Positions 40,148-54,900 are shown, counted from the first letter of the stretch. The stretch is DNA of 64,000 bases from Polymyxa betae A26-41 (GCA_003693705.1 RBZT01000373.1:62001-126000); one strand, 5' to 3'. Numbers and translations are program-made. The notes: generated by a model from the letters alone, not told the origin.

Positions 40148-43100
40148 CTAATTTATTGTAATGAGCGCTGCGAAATACATCCACAGTGAACCGACGCCAT
40201 TGGGATACGGGTATATATAAACCGCTCTTGCAAACGTCAAGTTCTGATTGTCATTGTCGTGAAATTTCATTTCGTGTAAAGCACGTATGATCGGATTGTT
40301 GATAGAGTTTTCTAGGATACAGTCGTCGCCCGCGTCTGGAAAACAAATCGGGAAGCCATACATGCCTGTGAAAAGAGATCGAATTTTGTCAATATCCTTG
40401 TTATCTGGCAGCGCAGATCTGCCTTGTGCGACAAATTCCAGGCTCTGCAATGTCTCTCTCAGAATCTGGCTCACACCCGAATCGAAGTAAGTAGGCAATG
40501 CTCGCCAAGATATAAACTGACGCTCGACGATTCTTTCCACAGCCTGTGCACGCTGAACGTAGTATGTATCTGGATATACTAAGTACACCGGCGGATTACG
40601 ATAAATTGATTCGGAGGCCTTCGATTCCGGAAATGAACGTGTGAAAAACGGTTTCCACAGAGAGGGATTGTCGAGCTGATAGGAGATCTTACCAGGCAAC
40701 GACTCTGACTGTATATTGGCCCATATATTACGATGGTTGAAAACGCATCCCACTGATACTAATGGACACAACGCATCTGAATAATCGTACTTATCGCCAG
40801 TAACAGCATTGATTAGTTGTGTCTCTTTGACGATTCCATGAAGACTTTTATTTCGCAACACCATGCAAGTCTGCCCTTCAGGAATAGCCATACCCATAAC
40901 GACATACGTGTGCCAAACAAAAACACCCGACTGATACAGAGCTTCACTAGCTAGGAAATAATTTGCCAGTAAGATTGCATGTTCTTCCCAATCACCAGCG
41001 AGCAGCTCGAGAAATTCGGATGAGCTACACCAAATGTCACGAGGAGAACTTTCAATGCCCAGGTGAATATCATGTAAGAAAGGTATACGCGATACGAAAC
41101 GAATATATTCCTCTTCAGTCAAAGATAGAGGGGGCGATAACGGTGTGACAAAATGGGGTATGAATGCAACATTACCTGTAATATCTTGCACAAGGGCTCT
41201 TATAAAACGATCTTTACATTGAGGTAGCGATTTGACGCTCGAAAGCCAGTCTGATGCATAACGGTAGAGACGAGCTTTCTGTACCCATTCGTGCGATACA
41301 AAAGGCTCCTGAGGCAACGACAATAACGGATCCAATGTAGCAAAGATGTACAATATCGTTGGTCTTGTAGGCTCAATAAACTCATATCCGAGATTCGTTA
41401 ACGGTATTTGCAGACGGAGATGGCCTTCGATTTTTTGATTAAGATAAATCGTAGTTAGCGGGATACTAACTCGGCCAAGCCATCGTCTTTCGACACGATG
41501 TATGCTCGTATTTGTCAGCCGAGAATCGTTTGCGCGTTCTTGTGACTTCACATGATCGAACAGGTTCAGCGTGATTTCGTCCCGCATCGAAAGAATCGAC
41601 GAAGGTGAAAAACTTCCATTAGGCGGATGTAAAGGCATAATGAGAGTCTCATTCCAGCTCGGATGAGGTCCCATTACAGTGTTTGTCGATTTCGTCTCCT
41701 GCTGGAAAGACACTTCGATCATTGCTTCAACCCTTTCGTTGAAGTCACTTATATCAACTCCATCCTTGTCGGCTTTCCAGTAATCACTCATCGCCACGCT
41801 TGGGCGCGACTTTCTATTAGGATCGAGACGAATCGGGACATTTTGCGCACGAATAGCCTGGATGATAATTGAACACGATGAAGGGTTTCCTGTTACAATT
41901 CGATGCTCTCTATCAGGCCGTAATTTCCTGCTGGGAATGCAAATGTTTTCAAAAAAGTTGCTGCTGACGGTCATTTGCGGGAGAGCATTCTCACGAACAA
42001 CTTCTGAGACATTGGTGACAAAGGACTCCTGACCTTCAATTCCAATATAGTCTGATTCGGTTTCAAACATATGTTCTGAGATGTGGTCGTCGATTAACGG
42101 CACCAAATCATCGAATAGATGAAGTTGATTACGTTTGGTAAGGATTTGACGACGTGCTGACGTGACAGCATATTGCGGATTTATCAACGATAACTCAGGG
42201 ATGAGCTTCCACGATTCGAAGAACTGGCTGCTTTGCTGAGCAGCGATGCGTCTATGCAACTCCAAAACAGGCAGATTTCGCGGATCGTTTGGGTCCAATT
42301 CTTTCACCCATTGGCCTCCTGCCACTTTATCAATGTTGAGACGGTGATTGGAAACATCGAAGCCCTTCTTTGGCTTTATCGTTATGTTTTCATCCCAAGT
42401 GATAGAAAGCACCAGGTCGCCTGCTGTAACCCTTGGCTCTGAAGCCGGTGGCCAAAATTCGCATTCGTCTTTCTCTGGAATGACTATTTTTGAGGAGCTT
42501 GCAAAGGCATATTCTGTGATAACAGAGGCAGCCTCTGGAACCGGTATACCAATAAAAGTAGTTGAGAGAACTGTCTGGCGTTTCATCATGCTATCTTGTC
42601 GATAAATCTTGATAGCAATATCCTCAGGAACACTTAGCACTTTAAGCTCGAAGGACTGATTAAACTGAACAAAGAACCCAGGAAATGCTGTAGGTTGAGC
42701 AGGAGTCTGGCAAACTTTTTTACCGTTTACAAACAGCTTCAGGGATATATGAGAACTTCGTATTCGATTCCGTCGAGATAGCTCCCAAACTGAACAGTCT
42801 TCGTCCGGCGTAACTTGATGCGACCGATCGAGTATCGGTTCATAATCGGGCTGCCCAGGTTTTCTTCGGTTGAGCCGCATCTGCTTACTTATAGATGTTC
42901 GAGCTTGTTCATAATCAAATTCTGGTATGGTTCCATCACCAGCGATCTGCGATCGAAGAATATGCAGGATAGCAAGATCCTCAATGGATTGCTCCAGATC
43001 GTTGTCCCATTCGCGCTGGTCAGAATCTTGGTCATGCGGTATTTCTTTAACATGCAATCTCAACTTTGTTCCAAAATACATTTGGCCTGGCTGCGATAAC

Positions 43101-44135
43101 TTGGATGGCGATAGCAGCATTGCGGAATATCGACGTCTCCATTCTTTTAAATTTTGCCAAACGTCGTAAATACGAGCGAATAAAAATCGTGTTTCGCCCT
43201 GCTCCAATTCACGATTCTTGGTCAACGACAGAATATTTTCAAGGATTGACACAAGCCTTTTGCGATGAGTACTTAGAGTAATTTGGTCAGAATTGGAACT
43301 GATGGCGTCCGATTCCTTCAGCGCCATCTGTCGGAGGAAGCGAATACGGTCTGAATGATAATTTTGAAGATTTACAACAGCTCGCTGGTGATATTGCTCC
43401 ATGAGACTTTCAAGTTCAGCTGAGAGAGCGTCTTCTTGGGTGAATAGGTCATGCATTTGAAAAACTATTCGATTTAGGTCGAGTTTAAGACTCAGCCAGT
43501 TGTCGCCGTCGCTGATTCGTACCGGTCGCACGATATGTACGGGCAAGCTGCCGTTAGCGTATTTCTCATCTTTAACAATTCGTAAGCGTAACGGCTGCAA
43601 TGGATCGGATTCGACGTTATCATAAAAGCTTTGTTCAGTTGCCTTTTCTCGACAAATTCTTCCAGTAACAATGTTGATATTCTGTCAGTATATCAGATTA
43701 ATTGGTATCCTCTACCAATTATTACCTCTTCTGTGATTTTAGGTTTTAATGAAGTATATAATCCTTCGGTCTGCCAATCAGAAGCCTTCGATTTATTGAG
43801 TAAAACCAAGGGTTGTGATGATTGCTCGTCATGGTGTTCGTTGATCACAGCACGCTGCAAGATGACCCGTTCGCTAAGTGATTGGTATTGTTTTGGTCTA
43901 TCTGAATTATTAGACTTGACTGCATCGCTGCTAGCACAACAAAACACCTGACAATCCAAAGTCGTTCGGGTTCGATCCAGAGCTCGGGTTCAGGCTCAGG
44001 CTCATTTATTGAGGGAGGGTCTGGCTCCGGCTGATCAATTGCATTGGTGTGATCGACCGGGACGAGATTGAGTTCATTGAGTAGGCGCAGGACACGCTCT
44101 TGGGCAGGTTCGAAGGAAAGTGTGACCATGGGCAT
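40148..44135 (-). CDS. CC2D2A: CC2D2A/MKS6 ciliary transition-zone protein
   Basis: EGLYTSLKPKITEE|NINIV; LDPNDPRN; PSRKLRPDR; C2 domains (GPHPSWNE, ERRWLG); DIWCSSSEFLELLAGDWEEHAILLANYF. The 5' end is uncertain. Confidence 0.9.
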
Positions 44136-44136
44136 G

Positions 44137-45725
44137 TCAGGAGACCAGTTCCATGATGAAAGATGCCTTTAAAGGACAGAGCAAACGAGAAGCACGTCAC
44201 GTTACATCTCCAGGAGGCTGCTGCAGTTCTGTCACGCTCATGATATCATCGAGGATCATTCGGTATTCAGCAATAACGACAGACTGAAGCAATCGATTGT
44301 AGTGGTCTACGACCACAGTCTCTCGTTCGTTATGTATAAAAGTATGTGCTCTAACCAAAGTATGGATCATGGGATCAATCATCTACATATCGTACTGGTG
44401 GTATCTGAACTTTACAAGCTCACACTCCTGGGTAACGTTTCCTATGAGTATTAATCGAGCAACTTCATTGTGATCTTCTAAATGTACTTGTGAAGCGAAT
44501 TTACATGATCCCTTCGCCAGTGACTTTTTTCGATGTCCCATCATGCCCTAAAAACCCAACTTTCAGGAAATCATGTTTCTTCTTTGCCATATAGGAGCCC
44601 GAGCATCAAACATCAAGAAAGATACATTACAGTTGTACTGGCTCATCCAGGAAGTCAAGTAAGATCTTATCGAGTCGCTCAGATGATTCTAAGCGATTAT
44701 CAGTGCAAATGAAGCAATACAACAATGCCCAGATTACCTGAAAACAAATGTCTTGATGCTCTATATGATCTATCTGTAGTAGAAGCACGCAGCCCTAAGC
44801 TTCTGCTTGTATCATTCTCCATCTTGTCATACTTAGGTCTATGGGTCATTATATTGTCGATAGCCCAAGGAGGATGTCTAATATCAGTTGGAATAGGGTC
44901 TTTCGGCGGCTTCATCAGCAGCGAGCGGATATTGAACCGCTTTGGAGAGTCTTCGTCGTCATCTTGATAAGGGTCGTGCGACTGACGCCAGAGGGATTCC
45001 GATTCGGATTTAATGTCTTTCTTCTGCCCAGCCTCATATTCAGCGATTAGACGCTCTTCCTTCATCCTGATCTGCTCGTTGAGATCTTCGACCATTTTTC
45101 GATGCAGGTCGGCTTGCGACAATTTGGTGTCGTGGATCACGTGCTCTCCAAGACGACGAAACAGGCCTGCATCGTATCCACCACCTTCTGTTTTCTTCTC
45201 TTGTAACCTTCGGTCCAGGACTGATTTCACCTGTGCATCTAACTGATACTTATAACGTCGTTGCCGCTCCCTGAGCTTCTCCTTTTCTGGACTATCAGGA
45301 TTACGTTGAAGTACGAGTGCAGTTTGGTTCTCTGGAGGATCGGTAGAAACAGCAGCGCCAAACAGGTGGGATTGTCGATGCTTTACAGTGATTTCTTCGA
45401 ATTTTTTCTCGATTGTCGCTTGCGATGATGGACTTGATGCATTTGAAGGCCAGGCAGCACGGCTCAATGGATCGGTCACTTTACTGGCAATCTCAAGCTT
45501 TCGCTTCCAGAAGCGATGTGTCTGGCGTTGGCCACGTAAATCTATTAGCAATCCCATATGGATAAAACAAGTACGACTGAAGCAAGTCGCACGAAGCCGC
45601 ATGGTCTCATAGAGCGTTGGCACGCGCATGCCAAGCCGTACTGGAGCACGAGCTCTGATGTAGTTTTGCCCTGCTTTTTCTTTCGATTGTATGCAAATAA
45701 GGATTGTTTTGACAGCGCAAGACAT
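44137..45725 (-). CDS. Coiled-coil protein of unknown function (may be the 5' part of CC2D2A)
   Basis: 341-aa ORF with two Y/M..L..Q[VI] coiled-coil repeats, plus small downstream exons. Boundaries are uncertain. Confidence 0.5.
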
Positions 45726-46089
45726 TTTGTTTGGCTCGCTCCAAGCCCATTAATGCAGATGCAATCAAAAAATCTGAAATCATGTTTCAGATCTGTTTTG
45801 GGCAAAATTCTTGCTCCTAGTTGAAGGTTAGTTATCAAGGTTAGTGCATTGTTGAGAATCAGCTAAATACATTGAATGTTTCAACGCCGCTGGGTAACAT
45901 GAGTAGGCAATACCTTCTATCAATTACGATTTAATTTCTATAAAAGCGACCAGCAGAATGAAATTGAAGCCTGTAACTGTAAAAGGGAATCGGCGATTGG
46001 TTTTAAAAAATCCTCTATCAGGGTGACCATTCGCGATCGTCATCATCCCGAATTTTCTCAGGTGTAGCGGTTTTCATCGTTCTGCGCTG

Positions 46090-46731
46090 TTGAGGGAAAA
46101 CTTCGCAAGCGTTGCAGGAGGCAGCCGACATTCTTGCGAACATTGCGCATTCGGACTACGGGCAGTCATCTGGGACGATTTTGCGAAAGTTTCCAAGCGG
46201 GATCCCTTTTGGTCATTGATTCTTTTGACCTCTGACCGTCGCCTTCTTCTGATTTTCACTTCGTGTGCGGGCCTGTTACATTTCAGGCCAATTCAATTGT
46301 ATGCATTGCTTTCTGTCTGTTTGATTTTTGGAATTTATTGGAGATCTGTAGGAATGATGCCTGGAATTCGAGGGCATGTCATGTATAACAGCCACATGCT
46401 CGCTCTAATGGCGATCACATACGTCTCGCAATGCATGCAAGGCAAATTGCAAAATACCCAGTTTTTGGCATTCGGCGCATTCCTAGTGTATCTGCTAGCC
46501 ATTGCTCTATCGTCATCAAGACCCTCATACAGACTCAAGCTGCTGTTATGGATCGCGTTTTATTTAATCGATTCTACAACGAACTTCTACATGAATGACC
46601 TTTACAGCGACGTGCAAAAGAGGTCTCTCTGTTTCGCAAGAAGTTTGGTGCCTAATCAGCTACCAGTGATAGAGAGGTATTGCCAGTCACTACAAATGGA
46701 TGTAGGAATGAAAGCGCTCGCTCATCAATAA
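46090..46731 (+). CDS. Hypothetical multi-pass membrane protein
   Basis: 213-aa open frame with about 5 hydrophobic segments. The true start probably lies in an upstream exon. Confidence 0.55.
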   Translation: MRENFASVAGGSRHSCEHCAFGLRAVIWDDFAKVSKRDPFWSLILLTSDRRLLLIFTSCAGLLHFRPIQLYALLSVCLIFGIYWRSVGMMPGIRGHVMYNSHMLALMAITYVSQCMQGKLQNTQFLAFGAFLVYLLAIALSSSRPSYRLKLLLWIAFYLIDSTTNFYMNDLYSDVQKRSLCFARSLVPNQLPVIERYCQSLQMDVGMKALAHQ

Positions 46732-47067
46732 AATCATTGACTGGCACAATAACATGTCACATCGAAGTTTAGCTTAAAGGTTCTCAGCTGTCGACAGTCA
46801 TGCTGCATGATAACGCGGGCAGACGTAAGCTCAGCTATTTGGCCTCATTGTAGGGCAAATGGCATTGCCTGTTGAATAACTGGCATTGAATCAGGAAATG
46901 CAGCACCTGATGAACCATGCCTCCTGTTCGGAAGATGTGCAGTTAATTGATATCGACTCTGTTTTACTCTTGACTTGAAAGGAGCAATGAACATCGCAAA
47001 CGCGATCGTGAGTCAACAAGTTTCCAGGTAGCCGCTCTTCCGTGTTGTGAGCGAAATCTCATAGGCA

Positions 47068-48214
47068 ATGCGTTTGAACAAAAATGGCAGCTTCGAGCTT
47101 ACCAACCGAGATATTCAAGCATTGGGGCTTTCATTTCTGTCCTCTATGACGACACTTGCGGGAGCGATTCTGGCTTTCGCCTTGAGTCGAAACGATCGCC
47201 GATTGATTGCTGGCGTCTTAGGCTTGGGGGCAGGGGTTATGGTTCGTAAACTTTGATTTTTGGTTTGATTCTCAGTGATGTCCATTCTTAAGATTTATGT
47301 CGCTTTCCTGGAGCTTTTGCGAGAATCTCGCAGCGACTTTCGTGAAAACAATACTATGTCAATGGCGCTGCTGCTGAGCAATGCTTTTTTCTTCGCTGGC
47401 ATTGCTTTCATCGGAGTCGTACAATGGATATGCAGCTATCTTCAACGACGCCATGAAAACAAAGAATGTCACGGGGAATGCAAAGATTGCCTTTGTGAAA
47501 GTCCCCACGCAGGCAGTTCGGAAACCGCCCGCTCTCACAAGAAGCTTCCACAGACCGTGCACAGCTCAGAAGCTGCTGACAGAGATGTCGCACACGTTGT
47601 CTTTAGCACAGAACCTGAACCTCATCGCAGAACACGGAAACTCCCAATTTCGATCATTCTCAAAACGCTGGCTGGAGCATGTCATAATATTCCTGAAGGA
47701 ATGAGCTTGTTTATCATTGCTGTTAAGGACCCAGCCCTTGGGGTGCCTATTGCTGTAAGCATCTGGATAATAGTTCACAATCTATACCCTTTGTTTAAAT
47801 GTGCCTTCAGTTAGCAATGGCTGTTCATAATATACCTGAAGGCCTTGTCACTGCAATACCTTTCCATTTTCATACTGGCAGCCGATGGAGAACACTTGTT
47901 TGGATGCTACCTTTCAGCATGGTGGAATTTTTCGGAGCATTAATCGCTTGGGCTTTCCCTTTCGACTCGTTCAACACTGATTTTCAGGGAGCGGTTTCAG
48001 CTGGTGAGACCGATTTCGTTCATGAGAGACGTATGCTAAATGCTGTTCAGTTACTGCTGGGATGATGATCCATGTAAGCATCACCGACGTTTTGGTGCAA
48101 ACCAGGAAGCACGACCCAAAGGACCATATTGGCCATGCCTGACTGTTCTTTGGCATGGGCATTATGGCTTGGTGTTTGATCTGCCTAGAATATATCAGAG
48201 AGCCTCACGAATAA
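47068..48214 (+). CDS. ZIP (ZupT/GufA-type) metal transporter with an in-frame TGA before TM8
   Basis: GLGAGVM|IYVAF; two HNIPEG motifs; AGMMIHVS; then IGHA[TGA 48140-48142]LFFGMGIMAWCL...TAA 48214. Confidence 0.85.
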
Positions 48215-48614
48215 GGATTCCCATCCTCACCTTTCTTATATCGATAAAAACTCTGTTAATTTACCATTACTTTCGGATTGCAGTACCCTAGCGTTTTCCA
48301 ATCGTCCCCGCTAACCACACGGTCAGACTAGAATAATGTTCGACTGAACATCGAGACCCTCATTAGATGCTGTTTGATAGAAATGATAAAGATGGAGGCT
48401 CCTCTCTACCTTGTCATCTACTGTAGGTGTGAACTGAGCGCTAAATGAAAAAGGAGCGGGAGAGCACACAGCAGGAATTCTTATAAAGAGAAAGATGATA
48501 GGAACTGACCTGCTTTAAGACTGTCATATTTGCGATATGGATTGCGCCCTACATTACATTATCACAATACAATTCTGTCCAAAGGATTATCAGGTTTGAG
48601 GCGATCTTATTGCA

Positions 48615-50500
48615 ATGCCCGATATTTCTGTGGCCATGGACTGCGACGATCCTGTAGTGTTGGCGCTGTCCATAAATTCGATTCAAGAGCTGGATCGCCT
48701 GTATCAGCAGCATATCGCAGAATTATGCTCGGGAGCGGAGAATCCAGGAGTCGATCGTCAGGTTCAGGCGGTTTTTTGTCTTGCAAGTCAGTTGAATATC
48801 GAAGCAAAAGAGCTCGCTAGAATTCTTGTCGGCATCGGCCGAATTCCAGTCGTCATTGCTGCTGTATCTGTTGTCCAAAGTGCTGAATTTGTTACATCTC
48901 TTGTTTTGAATGTATTGCAAAACCAGTTGCAAAATATGTTCAAGAGTCTTGCCTCAGCTTTCCGTCCACTAGGTATAACATCTTTTCTTTTGTTGCACTT
49001 TCTTGACACTCTATTCAGTTATTGACGCCTTACTACAATTACCGGATGATATCAAAGCATTGGCTGTAAATTATTGCGAATCATTGCTTTCAGAGCGACT
49101 GGCAAGATGTGTACCAGTATTACCCCAATTCTTTCTCTATTCCATATTCGAATCAGAGTCATGTTTCGAGATTATGCTTGAACGCCTATTTCAATCTGGG
49201 CATGACATTACAAAGTTCGCTGGAGAAGTGCTGGATTGGCTGTCAAAGGCTGACGAAAGCAACAACGAGCTTGACGAGAAAAAAGTCGTAGCAGCGTTCC
49301 CTTTACTCGTCAAATATGCCACACATGAAAACGCTGCTGAGTCCGCGTTCTCACAACTTTTGCTTGTAGAGATCGGCAAGACCAGTTGCTTCAGGGCACT
49401 TGAGGCTATCATAGCTCTAATCAAATATACACCATGTCATGACAAACAGAATCTAATCGTGGATGCCTTTCTGGAAACAAGAAGTAAGGGAAAAATCTCT
49501 CTTCATGCAATATTCTCTTCACGGTTATTTTCTCCTCTAAGTCCCTCTTCCCTCATTCTGTTAGTCTTAAAAATATTTTCTGCATATCTTCCGACCGTTT
49601 CTTCTCCCGACAGCGACAAACTCTGGATGTGTCTCATGTCCTTACTCTCTCGCAAGGATCCCGAAGTCTTAAACTCAGCTTTAAAAGCTCTATTTAAGCT
49701 GCCCATTCCAGCAGTATCTTTGATGAATTGGCCAGCAACGCTATCGTTACTGGATCTCCGAAAAGAGTTCGTCTTTGAATCTAAAACGAATGCGTTGCGA
49801 CTGCAAAATATTGCCATTATTGAAGCCATTGTGCTGAAGTTATGCTCAACGCCTGACGTGTTAATCCTTACTATCACAAAGGTTTTTGAACAAGTTGTCG
49901 ATCACGGCTCTGTTTCCACTTACAGTGGCTGCTATGATATCGACTTCCTGCAGAGGCTAATTTCTTCTAAAGGAGACCATGAGCAAAATATGGAATGTTT
50001 GTATAAATTAATCAAAAGACGCTTTCAAATCAGTTCAGGATTGATGTCGACATCCGATATCAACTCAGTTCTTAAGTACAATTTCACTCAGAGCGACGTT
50101 GATGTAATCACGTCTTTGGAACAAAATCCTTGGCTGCTTGACATATTCTGCTTCCTCCAGGATATGTCGCAGATCAGCGACCTTATTCGAGCAATTTTGG
50201 TTTTCCAGATTCGCAACTGGAGCCGCCCTTACAACATGAATCTGAATGTTCGCAGATCGCGAAGGATTCTTCGGTTGTTGAGCCGTTTGCATCAACAATC
50301 ACCACTCGTCATGCAGAAAATTGATTGCAGCCTTATCATCCCTTTTATTACACCTGCAGAAGCTATTTCTCTGTTGATCAAAATTTTAGAGAAAATTATC
50401 CGCGATTCACAATATGACGAATCGAAGGCAACCGATTTAGTTGAACGAATCCTCTTCAATAATATCCATCGAGGTCCTCTGGCAGAATTACTACGCAAAG

Positions 50501-50517
<17 letters not shown>
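48615..50517 (+). CDS. Leu-rich, probably alpha-solenoid protein of unknown function (2 exons)
   Basis: ORFs 48615 and 49003 join through a GT-AG intron (~48973-49018). Amphipathic-helix composition. No family recognised. Confidence 0.6.
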
Positions 50518-51831
<1,314 letters not shown>

Positions 51832-53040
51832 TGATGACAATCGCCTGGTGTGGAGAAGCTGTGCACTCTATGCACTTCTGCGGGCTACCGCTACGACATC
51901 CACTTCACGGCGTTTAGCAATGCTGGACGATCTGGAGTCGAATTGGACGATTGTGTATTGCAAAGTTCGATCTGTTGGTCAAGACACAATGGTGGCAATA
52001 ATAAGAAGATGCGGAAGACAATCTACTGTCTTCCTGACTCTGCATCGAAGGTGCTGTATTTCCGATTTATCGGATTTCGCGAGGCTAATTATACAAAGAC
52101 TATGATCATGCATGTTTATTCGTTTTTTGACACCGAGGCTTGGAATCAAGGAGCAAATGGATTTAAAAACGGTAAATCTAGTTCGGAACGTTCGGCTTCT
52201 CACTAATTAATTCCGAATCTACTGTTGTGAATCAATTCTGACTTCATGTGGGTTTCCAAACTTCAAGTCAAATACGACCAATTAGTACGCTGTCAATTCT
52301 CTCTGGAACTATGTTGAACTAAATGCAATGAAATCCGCATCCTGAAATCCGATATGAGTTGGTGCCCATGATGATTCATTTCTCAATACGCTTGTGGTTG
52401 GTCGTTGGTTTGTCCGTTACCATCTACTACAGCCTTATAGTAAAGCTCATCTGCCTGTTGAAATCCCTATTGTTTCGGCGTGGCCTGCAAGAATCACTAC
52501 TGTCATAATGAGTGAATGACACATGAGATGTATCGTTTCCCGATCAATGAAGGGTTCTCTTTTTCTGCTTTCTCATTCTTCAAGCGTTATATTGTCGATT
52601 GACCTGGCCATTGTTCTGCCCTGAAGCTCTCGTATCACTGCGGAACCTGACGATGAAATCCCCCATCTCCTTTTCGAGTTAAGTGTGGATTCGATCTGCC
52701 ATGGAAAACCTGGATGTAGAAGATGGGTTTATTCCTCGCATTACCAGGTCCCACGAAGACAAAAACGACTTGAGAGGCGTCGAATATCTACTTGATGAAG
52801 CGTGATTACCGTATAGATTCACTACCCTACTGCCGACCTGCAGAAACCGGCCAATGCTGACGAAGGGATCGGTTTCACCTAGGTCATGCAACGATGAAAC
52901 AATGCAATTTTGCCATGTCGTAAAGACCAAGAGCTCGACAACTCTGCACAGTCCTGCAAAGATTAGTTTAATCACAAATTGCTGGGTTTAACAGCATACG
53001 GCTTTATAGTTTATGTTTTGTTTCCGTTTTCGTCCTGCAT

Positions 53041-53646
53041 TTATTTCGACGCTTCCGTATTGAAGACGCCCAAGTCGACGTTCCGTGTCAGCAGATTTCG
53101 AAAGTCTTCAAGACCGATCTTGCCATCTCCGTCTGCGTCGGCTGTTTCGATGACGATCTTGATATCCTCATCGGTAATCTCACCGAAGCCCAGCTGCCCG
53201 AAGATGTTCTTTAGTACATCTATATTGACAAACCCGGTAGCCTTCGTATCATAGATCTTCAACATTCGTTAGCTGCTGCCAACGAAACAATCGTAACCGA
53301 CTTTGAATGCTTCCGCAACCGGGTCAAAATTGCTGATCATATTATCAGCCAACATCTCGTACAAATCGTTAAAGGTCAGCTCGTGTTTGTTATTCATCAA
53401 TAAACGTAATTCGCGATTCGGCAGGTTTTTATAGAAGATAGGCAGGCGCGCCTTCAGGTCGTCCATCGTCAGGTGCCCTTTCTTATTAGCATCGAAGAAA
53501 TCGAACGCCTGCTGTAATTCGGATTTGCTTACAGGGATTCCGGTCGTAGCGACAGGCGCTGTGGCATTCGCTCGCCGGGCCGATACCGGATGCACCGGTT
53601 TCTTTGTTTTCTTAGCAAGGCCACGTTCGCGAGCTGTTAACGACAT
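53041..53646 (-). CDS. Calmodulin/centrin-like EF-hand protein (2 exons)
   Basis: AFDFFDANKKGHLTMDDL; AFK|IYDTKATGFVNIDVL; ADADGDGKIGLEDF. Confidence 0.85.
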
Positions 53647-53882
53647 TAAGGTACCGATCGAATAGGGTCCTTAGCAGGATCTTTCTCAATTTTGTCAACA
53701 TTTGCCATCCAAGTCAAAATATCGCATTGCACTAAACGGAGCAGTTGTCATTTAATGCAGAGAGCATTTCTCATCTCATTGAACAGCGATGTTCCGGAGC
53801 CTCAGGAGACATGACTCATTTTAATTCCGCCTGAAAATCCGATGGCTGCCGGTTCAATATCGTTCAAATCTCAAAATTTGTG

Positions 53883-54092
53883 ATGTCTCGTTACCAAGCG
53901 TGGCTACTTATCGGCATCGTCGCCTTGCTCATGGCAATGATATCAGCCGGTACACCCCAGTATGAGGACGAAGATGACGACGTCACCGAGTTCGACCCGG
54001 GATATGCCGACAAGGTTTACATGTACGGGTGGTTCCGAGAAAGATACTACCGTCCAAACCCCAAAGATCGAACGCCGTCGGCGTCTCCATGA
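53883..54092 (+). CDS. Small secreted peptide (69 aa)
   Basis: Signal-peptide-like MSRYQAWLLIGIVALLMAMISA, then an acidic/aromatic mature region YEDEDDDVTEFDPGYADKVYMYGWFRERYYRP. Confidence 0.55.
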   Translation: MSRYQAWLLIGIVALLMAMISAGTPQYEDEDDDVTEFDPGYADKVYMYGWFRERYYRPNPKDRTPSASP

Positions 54093-54144
54093 CATTTCCC
54101 GTCGCCGTTGCGGTTGCCATATCAGTGGCCGTTTTGATGATTCA

Positions 54145-54900
54145 TTAAAAAGCAACAGGTTTAAACACTAGTTTTTGAGGAGGCTGTTGAAGGTTGTCTA
54201 TTGGAGCAATTTCCAACATGGCACTTGCTACCGGTGGCGAAGATCCCGGTTGTTCCGGTAACAAAGAGAAAACATCAGATGATGTCGTCTCGCTCATTGT
54301 GTCAATTTCTGCCTATGGCGGTGCAGTAGGATCTTCGTTAGCGATTGGTGCTGGCGAATTTTATGGCGCTGGAGCGATATCGGCAGGTGCTGACCAAGAT
54401 TCTGGGCTTAGACCAATTGTAGTGACGTCTCTTCTGGTCCAGCACTGGCTGGGCGAGACTACTTGTAGCGACCTTCAGGACTAGAGCTGGCTGGGCAATA
54501 CAATCATACAAATCTGTTCGAGGCATTTTCGTTTTTTGCCTGCCGCACACTGTAATCCTTTCTTGGTCAAAAAATTGATTGTTGGCCGAAAATTGGTCAA
54601 AAAAAGTGCTATCGTCACTGTCGTAGACTCGTAGTGTTGTTGACTTTGCGTTGTAACAGTGGTCTCTTCGATAGAACTGGGCTCGAGATCTGTTGAAGAT
54701 TCGGCTGGGCTCAGTTTTCTCTCGTCGAGCAATGCCACCGAAAAGGAAAAAGCTACACGATTGAGGCCAAGTTGGGTGTATGAGAAGGGGACCTCTGGCA
54801 AAGGGCTTTCTGCAATTGCCAAGGAGAATGTGCACGGCACGTAGAAATGGCGACGTCGAAACGTAGTTGGCAAAATTACAAGCAAAGTTGGTGGTTTCCA
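54145..54900 (-). pseudogene. Possible decayed Ser/Thr/Pro-rich gene
   Basis: One minus-strand frame reads as low-complexity protein (SPAESSTDLEPSSIEETT; SAPADIAPAP*NSPAPIANEDPTAPP*AEI) but is interrupted by stops. Confidence 0.3.

Noticed and set aside
48215-48430. SECIS element explaining the ZIP TGA as selenocysteine
   Set aside because: A hairpin near 48383-48417 lacks the GA/GA quartet and apical AA arrangement, and the TGA is not in a redox motif.
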